NCBI GenBank assembly: GCA_965369785.1
Contig: CBDUTA010000002.1
Location: 1 to 48,415 of the forward strand
Source of the DNA: an uncultured bacterium
GTDB lineage: Bacteria; Acidobacteriota; UBA6911; RPQK01; JADFOI01
Length of the DNA stretch: 48,415 bases
Direction: 5' to 3'
In this document: positions 35,378 to 44,336 of the stretch, piece by piece
How positions within the stretch are numbered: the first letter of the stretch is position 1
Layout of the letters: each line of letters opens with the position of its first letter
Made by a program: the position numbers and the translations under genes
Notes under the pieces: model-generated
Databases searched by the model: none
What the model was told of the DNA's origin: nothing
Seen by the model: only the letters and a program-made list of their open reading frames with translations

Positions 35378-36112
35378 ATGAACCATGCACTCTATATCGC
35401 TTTTTCCGGGCTTCAGAGCCGAGCTCAGGCAGTGGATGTTGCGGCCAACAATATGGCCAATATGAGCGTGCCGGGGTTCAAGAAAGATCGAGTTTACTAC
35501 AACACTTTCAATAGAGTCGCAGAACACAGTCGAAATGAGTTGGAGATTTCCCTGGCTGACTCTCGGGTGGCTGAAAAAACAGTCATCGACTTTAGTGTAG
35601 GAGAGCTTGTGGCAACGGGTAATTCTCTTGACCTGGCCCTTTCCGAGGAAGGGTTCTTTGTGGTGGATACGCCACAGGGTGAGCGCTACACGCGCAATGG
35701 GGCCTTCAGGCTGAATCCAGAAAGAGAATTGATCACCGGCGCCGGATTTTCCCTAATGGGGGAGGGAGGGGAACTGGTTATTCCCCAGGGAGACATTCGA
35801 ATTTCCCAGGAAGGACTGATCAGTGTTGAAGGGGTAGAGGTCGGCCGATTGCAAATCGTTCATTTCGAAGATCTTTCCCAGCTCAGTAAAGAGGGCAGCT
35901 CATTGTTTAAAGCCAGTCGGGAAGCTCAGCAGCGCCCTCCTGTCTTATTGACCGTCCATCAGGGCTATCTGGAACACGCAAACTTGAATCCCATAGAAGG
36001 CGTTGCCTCGATGGTTTCTCTGATGCGAAGCTTTGAATCGCTGAGTCTAGCTATCCGCTCTCTGATCGAGCGAGTCAATCAAAAGGTGACGGACGAAGTT
36101 GGAAGAGTATAA
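35378..36112 (+). CDS. flgF: Flagellar basal-body rod protein FlgF
   Basis: The N-terminus ALYIAFSGLQSRAQAVDVAANNMANMSVPGFKKDR and the C-terminus GYLEHANLNPIEGVASMVSLMRSFES are rod-protein signatures. Confidence 0.88.
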   Translation: MNHALYIAFSGLQSRAQAVDVAANNMANMSVPGFKKDRVYYNTFNRVAEHSRNELEISLADSRVAEKTVIDFSVGELVATGNSLDLALSEEGFFVVDTPQGERYTRNGAFRLNPERELITGAGFSLMGEGGELVIPQGDIRISQEGLISVEGVEVGRLQIVHFEDLSQLSKEGSSLFKASREAQQRPPVLLTVHQGYLEHANLNPIEGVASMVSLMRSFESLSLAIRSLIERVNQKVTDEVGRV

Positions 36113-36136
36113 ACACCCTTACAAAGGAGGTTCTTT

Positions 36137-36925
36137 TTGCTGAGAGCACTATACACCGCGGCCAGTGGAATGGAGGCAATGCAGCTCAATATTGATAACA
36201 TTGCCCACAATCTCTCCAATGCGAATACTACCGGATTTAAACAGCGTCGGACCCAGTTTCAAGACCTTTTGTATCAAACCCTGATTGCTCCCGGTAGCAG
36301 TGCATCCTCATCTACCGAGATTCCTTCAGGCCTTCAAATTGGACTTGGAACCCGTGCCGTCTCCAATGAGATTCTCTTCTCGCAAGGTGACTTCGTTGCC
36401 ACTGAGAACCCGTTGGATCTAGTCATTGAAGGGGGCGGATTCTTCCAGATCAGACTTCCCGACGGACAGATCGCTTACACGCGAGCAGGTGCTTTTCATC
36501 TAAACGGTCAGGGAAGCATTGTAACTGCCACAGGTGATCCACTGGAACCTCAGGTTGTTTTGCCTCAGGAGGCGCTCAACACGACTATCGCCCAGGATGG
36601 AACTGTCTCGGTCACTCTCCCGGGGCAAACCATCGCTCAGCAAATCGGCAGCATCGAATTAGCCGGTTTTGCTAATCCTGGTGGGCTGAACAGCATTGGT
36701 AAGAACCTTTATCTCCCCACCGCTGCAAGTGGGGACCCAGTGACGGGTACTCCAGGCCAAAATGGATTAGGTTCCCTCGGTCAGGGCTTTCTCGAGCAAT
36801 CCAATGTCAATGTTATTGAGGAGATGATCAACTTGATCATTACCCAGCGTGCCTATGAATCCACTTCTCGGGTCATTCGGACAGCCGATGAAATGTACCA
36901 GAATGTCAACAACATGGGCAGATAA
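36137..36925 (+). CDS. flgG: Flagellar distal rod protein FlgG
   Basis: The TTG start is preceded by AAGGAGG with a 6-nt spacer. The N-terminus is LRALYTAASGMEAMQLNIDNIAHNLSNANTTGFKQRR and the C-terminus is GFLEQSNVNVIEEMINLIITQRAYE. Confidence 0.93.
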   Translation: MLRALYTAASGMEAMQLNIDNIAHNLSNANTTGFKQRRTQFQDLLYQTLIAPGSSASSSTEIPSGLQIGLGTRAVSNEILFSQGDFVATENPLDLVIEGGGFFQIRLPDGQIAYTRAGAFHLNGQGSIVTATGDPLEPQVVLPQEALNTTIAQDGTVSVTLPGQTIAQQIGSIELAGFANPGGLNSIGKNLYLPTAASGDPVTGTPGQNGLGSLGQGFLEQSNVNVIEEMINLIITQRAYESTSRVIRTADEMYQNVNNMGR

Positions 36926-36929
36926 TCCT

Positions 36930-37877
36930 ATGCTTAAACAACTTCTCTATTTGTCAGTCTTTTTCAGCCTCGGTTTCGATGGATGGGCTCAGGTTGTACG
37001 AATCCCTGATCAGGTTGAAGTGTCCTCTGACACCCTGGTTTTGGGTGACATTGCCGGAATAGACACTCCATTAGCCGAACTGGCCGAGATCCCTATTGGA
37101 CACGCTCCTTATCCAGGGCACTACAGGTGGCTGAAAAGAGTGGATCTTGAGAGATACTTGCGGAAATGGGGAGTTGACCTGCGTCTGGTCCAGATCGAGA
37201 TGGAAGATCCGGTATTGATCACTCGGGCAAGTCAGGGTGCGCCGAGAGAGTTGATTCTCCGTGCAGTCGAGTCCTTCTTGAAATCGGAGCGTCCTGATGT
37301 GGAGTTCTTGATCGAGAAGATCAACATCCCTGCCCAGGTCATTCTTCCTCAAGGAGACATCAGCGTTTATGTGAATCTGGCCGGCGGGTTAGTTCATCTC
37401 AATAATATTAGCTTGAAGCTGGATTTCATCGTAGATGGAGAACATCACAAGAGCCAGTGGATTCAGGTGGCACTGCGGGCCCGGGTGTTGGCGGTCGTGA
37501 CCCGTCGTGCTGTCCGGTACGGGTACCGGCTTCGGTCTTCTGACCTGGTGCTCCGGGAGAAGGAACTCCACCGGCTTGATGAATTTTTTGCCAGTATTGA
37601 TGGTGCAGTGGGTAATGTGACCAAAAGAAAACTGCAGGCCGGGGAGATCGTCAGAGAGCAGGATTTGAAAAGACCCACCCTGGTGAAAAGAGGGGATGAC
37701 GTCACCGTAATAGCGCAAGGAAACAGTTTCATCGTGAGCACATTGGGACGGGCCCGTGATGGGGGCTCTATGGGAGATCACATTCAGATTGAGAATCTGC
37801 ACAGCAAGCAAACCCTGCGAGGCATCATTGTTGGGGAAAGAAAAGTGCAGGTGCAATTCTCGGAGACGCTGCCATGA
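36930..37877 (+). CDS. flgA: Flagellar P-ring assembly chaperone FlgA
   Basis: It has a signal peptide (MLKQLLYLSVFFSLGFDGWAQV) and a C-terminal SAF-like segment (LQAGEIVREQDLKRPTLVKRGDDVTVIA). The ORF-track start at 36849 overlaps flgG. Confidence 0.8.
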   Translation: MLKQLLYLSVFFSLGFDGWAQVVRIPDQVEVSSDTLVLGDIAGIDTPLAELAEIPIGHAPYPGHYRWLKRVDLERYLRKWGVDLRLVQIEMEDPVLITRASQGAPRELILRAVESFLKSERPDVEFLIEKINIPAQVILPQGDISVYVNLAGGLVHLNNISLKLDFIVDGEHHKSQWIQVALRARVLAVVTRRAVRYGYRLRSSDLVLREKELHRLDEFFASIDGAVGNVTKRKLQAGEIVREQDLKRPTLVKRGDDVTVIAQGNSFIVSTLGRARDGGSMGDHIQIENLHSKQTLRGIIVGERKVQVQFSETLP

Positions 37878-38566
37878 AGTATACAATCCGTTTCTTTGAA
37901 GTCTTGATCCTCTTGGCCTGCCTTTCTTGTGTAGGTTCGTCCAGGAAAACCGGACCCGTCCAGAGTGGCTTGGAGGACTATATCCGTCAGGCCCGGGATC
38001 TCAAAAAAGAGAACAACGAAAATCAGGGTTCACTTTGGACGATGACCTCGAGTCTAGCGGCAGGGTTTCGCGATTTGAAGGCCCGTCAGGTTGCTGACAT
38101 TGTCATCATCGAGGTCCTTGAAAGCACCAGCGCAGTGGCCGAAGCCACCACCCAAAGCACCAAGGACAGTAACATCGAGGGTGGTGCGGCCAGTCTCTTC
38201 GGAATTGAAGGCAAAGTGGCCGAGTTGTCGAACCTGGTCGATTCTACTCGCTCCAGCGAGTTTAGTGGAGAGGCATCGACGACCCGTACCAGCCTACTGA
38301 ATACCAGTATCACGGCTAGAGTGGTTGAAGTGTTCGCCAATGGCTTCTTGCTACTGGAAGGCAACCGCGAGATTGTTATTAATGATGAGAGACAGATCGT
38401 CACGGTACGAGGGATCGTTCGGCCGGAAGACATTTCACCACAGAACGTGGTCTTGTCCAGGAATGTGAGTGAACTGGAGGTAGAGGTCAAAGGTCGGGGA
38501 CTGGTCTCAGAAACTCAAAAACCGGGCGCTTTGTTCAAAATTCTTTCGGGTCTTTGGCCCTTGTAG
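37874..38566 (+). CDS. flgH: Flagellar L-ring lipoprotein FlgH
   Basis: A lipobox is present (LLACLSC), along with conserved ARQVADIVIIEVLEST and ITARVVEVFANGFLLLEGNREIVINDERQIVTVRGIVRPEDI. Confidence 0.92.
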   Translation: MKYTIRFFEVLILLACLSCVGSSRKTGPVQSGLEDYIRQARDLKKENNENQGSLWTMTSSLAAGFRDLKARQVADIVIIEVLESTSAVAEATTQSTKDSNIEGGAASLFGIEGKVAELSNLVDSTRSSEFSGEASTTRTSLLNTSITARVVEVFANGFLLLEGNREIVINDERQIVTVRGIVRPEDISPQNVVLSRNVSELEVEVKGRGLVSETQKPGALFKILSGLWPL

Positions 38567-38581
38567 GTGGAATCTTTGAAG

Positions 38582-39685
38582 ATGAGAAACTGGATAATCC
38601 TTGTGGTGATGCTTACCCTGGTGCATTCGACTTCCTGGAGCGTGGCTTCGGTGTCGCGCATCAAAGATGTGGCCTCTTTCCGTGGAGTCCGGGACAATCA
38701 GCTGATCGGCTATGGGTTGGTGGTGGGTCTGGATGGGACCGGAGACAGCCGGCAGACTTTTTTCACGACCCAGACTCTTGCCAATCTTCTCAATAGGGCG
38801 GGTATTAGTGTCCCGGCACGAGCCATGCAGATTAGTAACACGGCAGCCGTCATCGTAACCGCCACACTGCCGCCCTTCGCGCGCCTCGGAACCAGAATTG
38901 ATGTGACCGTATCTTCCCTGGGAGATGCCGCCAGCTTACAGGGTGGTATCCTGCTCATGACTCCTCTTCAAGCAGCTAACGGTGAAATTTACAGCGTTGC
39001 CCAGGGCCCTGTTTCCATCGGTGGTTTCGCCGTACAGACGGGTACCTCCGCGGTGCAAACGACTCATCCTACGGTGGCCAGAATCCCGGAAGGAGCGATC
39101 GTTGAACGGGAAGTCCAGTTTTCGCTCCAGGGAAAAGAAGTTTTGGATCTGATTCTTCGAGAAGCAGACTTTACTACCGCTAGCCGATTGGCGACAGTGA
39201 TCAATCAAAAGATGAACTCCTCTCTTGCCCACCCTGTCGACAGCCGAACCGTTCAGCTCTTCGTTCCGGAGGAGTATCGCTTCAACATCGTCGAATTCAT
39301 CACCACCATCGAGAATGAAAGCGTTGAACTGGATCGAGTCGCCCAAGTGGTCTTCAACGAGAGGACAGGGACCATCATTTTCGGTGCGGAAGTCCGAATT
39401 GCTCCGGTGACCATCGTGCACGGCGCGCTGTCGGTTCTCATTGGAACTCAATTTATTATCTCTCAGCCGGAGGCTTTTTCAGAGGGTGAGACTGTGGCCA
39501 TCCCCACTCAAACCATACAGACTAGTGAAGAACCGGCAAACCAGATCGCCATAGAAGAAGGTGCCACGATTGAGGAAATCGTTCGGGCTCTCACTGCGGT
39601 GGGAGCCACGCCGCGCGATATCCTGGCAATCCTCCAGGCCATCAAAGCAGCTGGAGCTCTACTGGCCGAATTAAAGATTATTTAG
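38582..39685 (+). CDS. flgI: Flagellar P-ring protein FlgI
   Basis: A signal peptide is followed by RIKDVASFRGVRDNQLIGYGLVVGLDGTGD, a canonical FlgI sequence. GTG 38567 is an alternative start. Confidence 0.93.
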   Translation: MRNWIILVVMLTLVHSTSWSVASVSRIKDVASFRGVRDNQLIGYGLVVGLDGTGDSRQTFFTTQTLANLLNRAGISVPARAMQISNTAAVIVTATLPPFARLGTRIDVTVSSLGDAASLQGGILLMTPLQAANGEIYSVAQGPVSIGGFAVQTGTSAVQTTHPTVARIPEGAIVEREVQFSLQGKEVLDLILREADFTTASRLATVINQKMNSSLAHPVDSRTVQLFVPEEYRFNIVEFITTIENESVELDRVAQVVFNERTGTIIFGAEVRIAPVTIVHGALSVLIGTQFIISQPEAFSEGETVAIPTQTIQTSEEPANQIAIEEGATIEEIVRALTAVGATPRDILAILQAIKAAGALLAELKII

Positions 39686-39696
39686 CCCGGATTATG
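39685..39696. repeat. Solo 12-nt terminus of MITE family B at the flgI stop codon
   Basis: The read is TA|GCCCGGATTATG. The G of the TAG stop (39683-39685) is the first base of the TIR match. Confidence 0.45.
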
Positions 39697-39715
39697 AAGC
39701 GGAGATTTTAAAAAC

Positions 39716-40117
39716 ATGCAAGTGGATTTCTTGGAGACACTTCCCCATTTCGGGGACATGACGGCAAATATTCGGCAAGGAGCCACGCTGGAGAAGATGG
39801 CTCAGGAGTTTGAGGCAATCCTGGTGACTCAAATGCTTCAAGTGATGCGAGAGAGCGTAGGCTCTTCAGGTCTTTTTGAAGACGCTCCGGGTAAGGATCT
39901 CTATAGGGGGATGATGGATCAGGAAGTGGCCAGGGCGTTGGTTCAAGGAGGAGGTTTTGGCCTGGCACAACACATCACACAGGCTTTGGAGAGAAGAGCC
40001 CAGGCCCCCTCTACTAGTGCCCAATCCTTGGAGAACTCTCCTGTGACCTCCGCCATCGAAGAGGTCAATGAGAATGAAAAAGATACCGAAAAGGCTAAAG
40101 TTCCAGCTCTGGACTGA
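39716..40117 (+). CDS. flgJ: Rod-binding-domain protein (FlgJ N-terminal domain only, no muramidase domain)
   Basis: EFEAILVTQMLQVMRES is a rod-binding-domain pattern. The product is 133 aa and sits after flgI. Confidence 0.75.
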   Translation: MQVDFLETLPHFGDMTANIRQGATLEKMAQEFEAILVTQMLQVMRESVGSSGLFEDAPGKDLYRGMMDQEVARALVQGGGFGLAQHITQALERRAQAPSTSAQSLENSPVTSAIEEVNENEKDTEKAKVPALD

Positions 40118-40123
40118 CGATAA
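40096..40123 (+). promoter_or_regulatory. Sigma28 (FliA) promoter, TAAAGTT-N12-GACGATAA, upstream of flgM
   Basis: The read is CTAAAGTTCCAGCTCTGGACTGACGATAAGG, against the consensus TAAAGTTT-N11-GCCGATAA. It lies in the 3' end of the flgJ-like gene, 48 nt before the flgM ATG. Confidence 0.6.
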
Positions 40124-40170
40124 GGAAAATAAAGTTAATAAACCTATATCTAAAGTGAGGGAAATATCCC

Positions 40171-40479
40171 ATGAAGATTGATGGAAATGTGCCCTATGTC
40201 AACCCTGAGCAACTGAATGTCCAAGACAGTCAACAGAAAAAGAAGAATACCAAGGGGAATCAGTTACAGTCAGTGGATTCTGGAGAAGACAGGCTGGAGC
40301 TTTCGACTGATATTAGAAAAATTGAGTCCTACCAGAAAATAGCTCAAGAAGCCCCGGAAGTGAGAAAAGAACGAGTGAATGAGCTCAAGGAAAAAGTGGA
40401 CACGCAAACCTACGACATCAAAGCTGAGGAGGTCGCAGAATCGCTCATTAAGGGTAGTATCGTAGATGAACTGGCCTGA
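40171..40479 (+). CDS. flgM: Anti-sigma28 factor FlgM
   Basis: The 102-aa product has a C-terminus RKERVNELKEKVDTQTYDIKAEEVAESLI typical of FlgM. Confidence 0.85.
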   Translation: MKIDGNVPYVNPEQLNVQDSQQKKKNTKGNQLQSVDSGEDRLELSTDIRKIESYQKIAQEAPEVRKERVNELKEKVDTQTYDIKAEEVAESLIKGSIVDELA

Positions 40480-40552
40480 AAACTGTAGCCCATGACGTTT
40501 TGTTTCGGGTTAGCCGGGCTGGGACCAGCGACAGCGGGAGGCGAAGATCATT

Positions 40553-40720
40553 ATGCTCAAAGGTGTAGCCGAGATTAGGATCCCCGTGCAACCCGTGGAG
40601 ACGGACAACCCCTCCCGGCGCCGAAAAAGAAAGCGCCAGCCCGCGAAGCCTGACACCCGCAAGAAGTCTCCGAAATCTGACTCGGAGGACTCTTCACAAC
40701 ACCTCGATATCAGAGCATGA
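40553..40720 (+). CDS. Unlisted 55-aa highly basic ORF, translationally coupled to flgN
   Basis: I translated it by hand as MLKGVAEIRIPVQPVETDNPSRRRKRKRQPAKPDTRKKSPKSDSEDSSQHLDIRA. GGGAGG lies 10 nt upstream of ATG 40553. Its TGA overlaps the flgN ATG (ATGA). It is below the ORF-track size cut-off. Confidence 0.45.
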   Translation: MLKGVAEIRIPVQPVETDNPSRRRKRKRQPAKPDTRKKSPKSDSEDSSQHLDIRA

Positions 40721-41181
40721 AAGATCCAAATCCAGACCTCATCGTCGAATTACTCAATGAAGGAATCGTTCTTTGTCAGGAGCTCTTGAAAGAGGGGAGC
40801 CAAAAGATAGATCTTTTCCTCCAGAGAGACGCCGAAGTTATGGAACAAGCAATCTCAAGAGACCAAAAACTCTTGAATGAGCTGAGAATTTGGAGGCGAA
40901 AATTAGAAAAGGCATTGCCGGCAGGTTCCCTTTTCCAATTTCTAGAGCAAATGCCGGATCCCCTGCGTCCCACAATCGAAGGTCCTCTTGAGAGTCTGCT
41001 GGGATTGTTCCGAGATCTCAGGTGCGCGAACGTGCCTAATTTCCAGTATATTCAAAGATCATTGCACTTTACCCAGGGACTGCTGCAGGCAATCCTTGGG
41101 GACACTCCCACCTATGATGTTTCCGGGCAGCCGCAAACTTCCGGGGGACTGGACTACAGAAGAGTGACTTTGCAGTTATGA
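40717..41181 (+). CDS. flgN: FlgN-like export chaperone for hook-associated proteins
   Basis: A 154-aa helical protein sits between flgM and flgK. Its N-terminal pattern LIVELLNEGIVLCQELLKEGSQKIDLFLQRDAEVM resembles FlgN. It overlaps flgK by 4 nt. Confidence 0.55.
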   Translation: MKDPNPDLIVELLNEGIVLCQELLKEGSQKIDLFLQRDAEVMEQAISRDQKLLNELRIWRRKLEKALPAGSLFQFLEQMPDPLRPTIEGPLESLLGLFRDLRCANVPNFQYIQRSLHFTQGLLQAILGDTPTYDVSGQPQTSGGLDYRRVTLQL

Positions 41182-42548
41182 GCGGATTGCTTACAAGCCT
41201 GATAACCGGAATAAAAAGTTTGTCTGCTGCTCAGAGTGCTCTGTCGGTCGTCGAAAACAACATCGCCAATGTGAATACGCCGGGCTACACTCGCAAGAGG
41301 ATCACTTTCACGCCCAGTCCACCTCAATTTCGTTCCTATGGAGTGCTCGGGACTGGAGTAGACATTGAGAGGATCGACTCCATTCGAGACAGATTTATTG
41401 AGAGGCGGCTTCTCAATGAGCTCCAGATCAAAGGGCAGTTGGAAGGCCAGGAATTCGCCTCAGCACAAATTGAGATCATCCTATTTGCTTCTGAAGGCTC
41501 TGGAGTTTCAGATCAACTCTCACGGTTCTTTAATAGTTTCTCGGAATTGGCAGCCGACCCATCCTCGATAGCAAAGCGTGGGGTCGTTCTCGGGGAGGGG
41601 CAGAAACTGGCGAGTACGATTTCCTTCACCTCCACTCAATTAAAGGGAGTGCGCGTGGACAATAGAGCACAGATTCGAGACTCTGTTGACAAGATCAACT
41701 CCTTTCTGGATCAGATCGCCAGCCTCAACTCCCAGATTGGAGGCCTGGAACAAGGGGGAGGGGACAGCGGTGTCCTGGGGGATGAGCGTCAGCATCTGAT
41801 GAATCAATTGGCTGAGGAAATCGGTTTGGCAAGCTACCAGGACGATTCCGGAGTACTAACGATTACGACCAACTCGGGACGACTTCTTTTGGTTGGTGAC
41901 ACGGTTTTTAAACCGATAGTGACCGACACAGCCAGCCAGACCACCGTCACACTCTCCGGACAGGACATCACCTCCGAGTTAACAGCTGGAAAGCTAAGCG
42001 GATTTCTCAAGATGGACAATTCTACCCTCCCCGGTTATTTGGACTCTTTGAACTCCCTGGCCAAGGAGTTGGCGACAGAAGTGAACACCGTTCACAGCGC
42101 AGGCGAAGGACTGGATAACACGACGGGTCAGAACTTCTTTAGTTTTTCCGCTGGTGATCCTGCCGGTTCCCTGAGCGTGCTCATCACCGATGAGAAGAAG
42201 GTGGCAGCAGGCCAGGTGGGAAGCGGTTCTGGTGACGGTACTGTTGCACAGCAAATTGCCGACCTTCGAGACAAGAGCATCACCAATTTGGGAGACCAGA
42301 CGTTTGTGGGTCATTTCTCCCAACAGGTTTTTAAGGCGGGCCTGGAATCGCGTCAAATTGGCTTGGGCCTGGAGGCACAAAGGACCATTGTTGGAGAGAT
42401 CCGGAATCAGCGTAATTCCGTCTCCGGCGTTTCCTTGGATGAGGAGGCGATTCATCTGATCCAGCTGGAGCGCCTCTACCAGGCCAGCTCCCGCTTCTTG
42501 GTAACGGTCGATCAATTACTGGAAGAAACCATGAACTTGATTCGTTAG
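41178..42548 (+). CDS. flgK: Flagellar hook-associated protein 1 FlgK
   Basis: The N-terminus is SLSAAQSALSVVENNIANVNTPGYTRKR and the C-terminus is VSLDEEAIHLIQLERLYQASSRFL. Confidence 0.92.
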   Translation: MSGLLTSLITGIKSLSAAQSALSVVENNIANVNTPGYTRKRITFTPSPPQFRSYGVLGTGVDIERIDSIRDRFIERRLLNELQIKGQLEGQEFASAQIEIILFASEGSGVSDQLSRFFNSFSELAADPSSIAKRGVVLGEGQKLASTISFTSTQLKGVRVDNRAQIRDSVDKINSFLDQIASLNSQIGGLEQGGGDSGVLGDERQHLMNQLAEEIGLASYQDDSGVLTITTNSGRLLLVGDTVFKPIVTDTASQTTVTLSGQDITSELTAGKLSGFLKMDNSTLPGYLDSLNSLAKELATEVNTVHSAGEGLDNTTGQNFFSFSAGDPAGSLSVLITDEKKVAAGQVGSGSGDGTVAQQIADLRDKSITNLGDQTFVGHFSQQVFKAGLESRQIGLGLEAQRTIVGEIRNQRNSVSGVSLDEEAIHLIQLERLYQASSRFLVTVDQLLEETMNLIR

Positions 42549-42572
42549 TGTCTCGACACACAGGAGTAGGTT

Positions 42573-43457
42573 ATGCGAATCTCCGACAACATGGCAGTGG
42601 AGAATTTTCTGAGAGATCTCGAGAAGATCCGAGAACGGCTTTTTGAGCGGAGTGCTCGAGTTAGTTCGGGTAAGAAGTTGAGGCGTCCTTCTCAAGATCC
42701 ACAGGGTAGTGACCGGGTGATTCGAATTCGAGACCAGGTTTCTCGGGTCAACCAATATTTCAGGAACATTCAGCGGGCACGTCTGGAACTAACCAGCACC
42801 GAGAATGTCCTCACCACGTTGAGAGAAAGTAGCACTACAGTGATTCAGAAAGTGCAGCAGGGCCTCAATGACATCATCACTCAGGATGATCGGGACATGA
42901 TTGCTATGGAAATCGAGGAAATTCTGGGGGGGATGTTTCAGCTCTCAACCACCAGTATCGATGGGAAGAGACTTTTTTCCGGTGGCGCTCTCTCCACCGA
43001 CCCCGTGCTTCTCAATGCGGGCACCTATTCTTACCAGGGTGATGGGCTAGTTCGAATGGTGGAGATCGCGGAAAACCAAAAGATTCAGACCAATGTTTTA
43101 GGATCTACTGTCTTTACTGGAGCAGGCTCCGATCTGCTCAACACGGTTAAGCAACTGGCCGATGCCCTGCGGGTCTCCGATACCAGCACTGCAACCGCTC
43201 TTCTAGACAAGATGCACGCGTCCATTCGTGCCATCGATTTAGCCAGAACCACCGTTGGAGTCACCCTCAACAAGCTGGACAGTACGAAAGCCCTGCAAGA
43301 TCAACTCATGTTGTCCTTGACTATAGAAGCTTCCAATCTCGAGGATGCGGACCTGGCTAAAGCCATTTCAGAGATGACTCAAAGTGAAACAGCTCTATCC
43401 GCGATACTGGCCGTGGGCTCCAGGCAACGGACCAGTCTCTTTGACTTCTTTGGCTAA
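42573..43457 (+). CDS. flgL: Flagellar hook-associated protein 3 FlgL
   Basis: The sequence begins MRISDNM and has a flagellin-like N-terminal helix. The C-terminus is LEDADLAKAISEMTQSETALSAILAV. Confidence 0.88.
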   Translation: MRISDNMAVENFLRDLEKIRERLFERSARVSSGKKLRRPSQDPQGSDRVIRIRDQVSRVNQYFRNIQRARLELTSTENVLTTLRESSTTVIQKVQQGLNDIITQDDRDMIAMEIEEILGGMFQLSTTSIDGKRLFSGGALSTDPVLLNAGTYSYQGDGLVRMVEIAENQKIQTNVLGSTVFTGAGSDLLNTVKQLADALRVSDTSTATALLDKMHASIRAIDLARTTVGVTLNKLDSTKALQDQLMLSLTIEASNLEDADLAKAISEMTQSETALSAILAVGSRQRTSLFDFFG

Positions 43458-43891
43458 TGACAAATCGAATCGACACCATTCATTTTGGCGGGATCGATTT
43501 TGGTGAGCAGGAAATCATCCATTTCCAAAGGGGCATACCAGGCTTCGAAAGACTGACCAGGTTTCTCTTGATTCAGGGTGAGGACTATCAACCTTTCAAG
43601 TTCCTTCAGTCAGTAGAAGACCCTACTATTTCCTTCCCTTTGCTCAGCCCCCTGATGATTCGCTCGGACTACCATTTTGCGCTTTCCGAGCAACAACGAA
43701 GCGAGCTCGAGTTGGAGGAGCCTAAAGAGGCACTTATTTACTGTATTGTGACCGTCGCCGAGGATCCGACCCAGACCACAGCCAATCTGTTTTCTCCGGT
43801 CGTGATCAATTCCGAGAAGAGAAAGGCAGCCCAGCTAATGCTTCTGGAGAGTGGTTATCCTGTCGACGAACCTGTTCTGAAAGCGGATTGA
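43457..43891 (+). CDS. fliW: Flagellar assembly factor FliW (CsrA antagonist)
   Basis: IHFQRGIPGFERLTRFLLIQ..YQPFKFLQSVEDPTISFPLLSP is a FliW signature. It lies immediately upstream of csrA. Confidence 0.9.
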   Translation: MTNRIDTIHFGGIDFGEQEIIHFQRGIPGFERLTRFLLIQGEDYQPFKFLQSVEDPTISFPLLSPLMIRSDYHFALSEQQRSELELEEPKEALIYCIVTVAEDPTQTTANLFSPVVINSEKRKAAQLMLLESGYPVDEPVLKAD

Positions 43892-44116
43892 ATGCTCGTT
43901 GTTACCCGCAAGTCCGGCCAAAGTTTGATGATCGGCGACAACATTGAGGTCAAGGTGTTGTCAGTGACCGGAGAGAAGATTCGCATTGGAATTCAAGCTC
44001 CGAAAGAAATTACCGTTCACCGAGGCGAGGTTTACCAGGAAATCGCCCGCCAGAATCAGCTGGCTACCCACTCTCACATTCCTTCTCCCGCACTGCTGTC
44101 CCAATTGAAAAATTAG
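43892..44116 (+). CDS. csrA: Carbon storage regulator CsrA (FliW-partnered type)
   Basis: MLVVTRKSGQSLMIGDNIEVKVLSVTGEKIRIGIQAPKEITVHRGEVYQEI is canonical CsrA. Confidence 0.95.
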   Translation: MLVVTRKSGQSLMIGDNIEVKVLSVTGEKIRIGIQAPKEITVHRGEVYQEIARQNQLATHSHIPSPALLSQLKN

Positions 44117-44130
44117 GTCCTGGCTCAAGT

Positions 44131-44193
44131 GTCGTGCGGTCGCGCTTGCGTCACTTCGTGACGCCGTGCTTTCGTGAATTCGTGAATTCGTGC
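44131..44193 (-). repeat. CACGAAYG-octamer / hairpin repeat, copy 3 (inverted orientation)
   Basis: The hairpin GCGTCAC-TTC-GTGACGC is at 44148-44164 and is followed by TTCGTGAATTCGTGAATTCGTG. A related diverged unit, (CGTG)n octamers plus the GCTCG-CTT-CGAGC hairpin, is at about 44290-44337. Confidence 0.65.
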
Positions 44194-44196
44194 CGG

Positions 44197-44228
44197 CAGA
44201 GCCGTGGGCTTTAGCCCACGGGCCTCTG
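44197..44228 (+). other. Strong GC-rich hairpin AGAG-CCGTGGGCT-TT-AGCCCACGG-GC-CTCT
   Basis: A 9-bp perfect stem (44202-44210 with 44213-44221) is extended by 4 outer base pairs. No U-tract follows. Confidence 0.6.
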
Positions 44229-44336
44229 GAATGTGGGAGGCACATCAGGTGCCGAATCCCCGCTGTCCCAGGCTACCTCTCTGCCTCCCCTTCGTGTTGT
44301 CGTGCATTCGTGCTGTCGGAGCTCGCTTCGAGCGCG

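Noticed and set aside
42546-42561. TAGTGTCTCGACACAC at the flgK stop matches 10 nt of the MITE family A left junction (TA|GTGTCTCG) and looks like a collapsed TIR pair or excision footprint
   Set aside because: Only a 10-nt match is present. The right-hand TA duplication is absent, and the putative joined end lacks 2 nt of the expected palindrome. It needs genome-wide copies or empty-site comparisons before it can be called a footprint.
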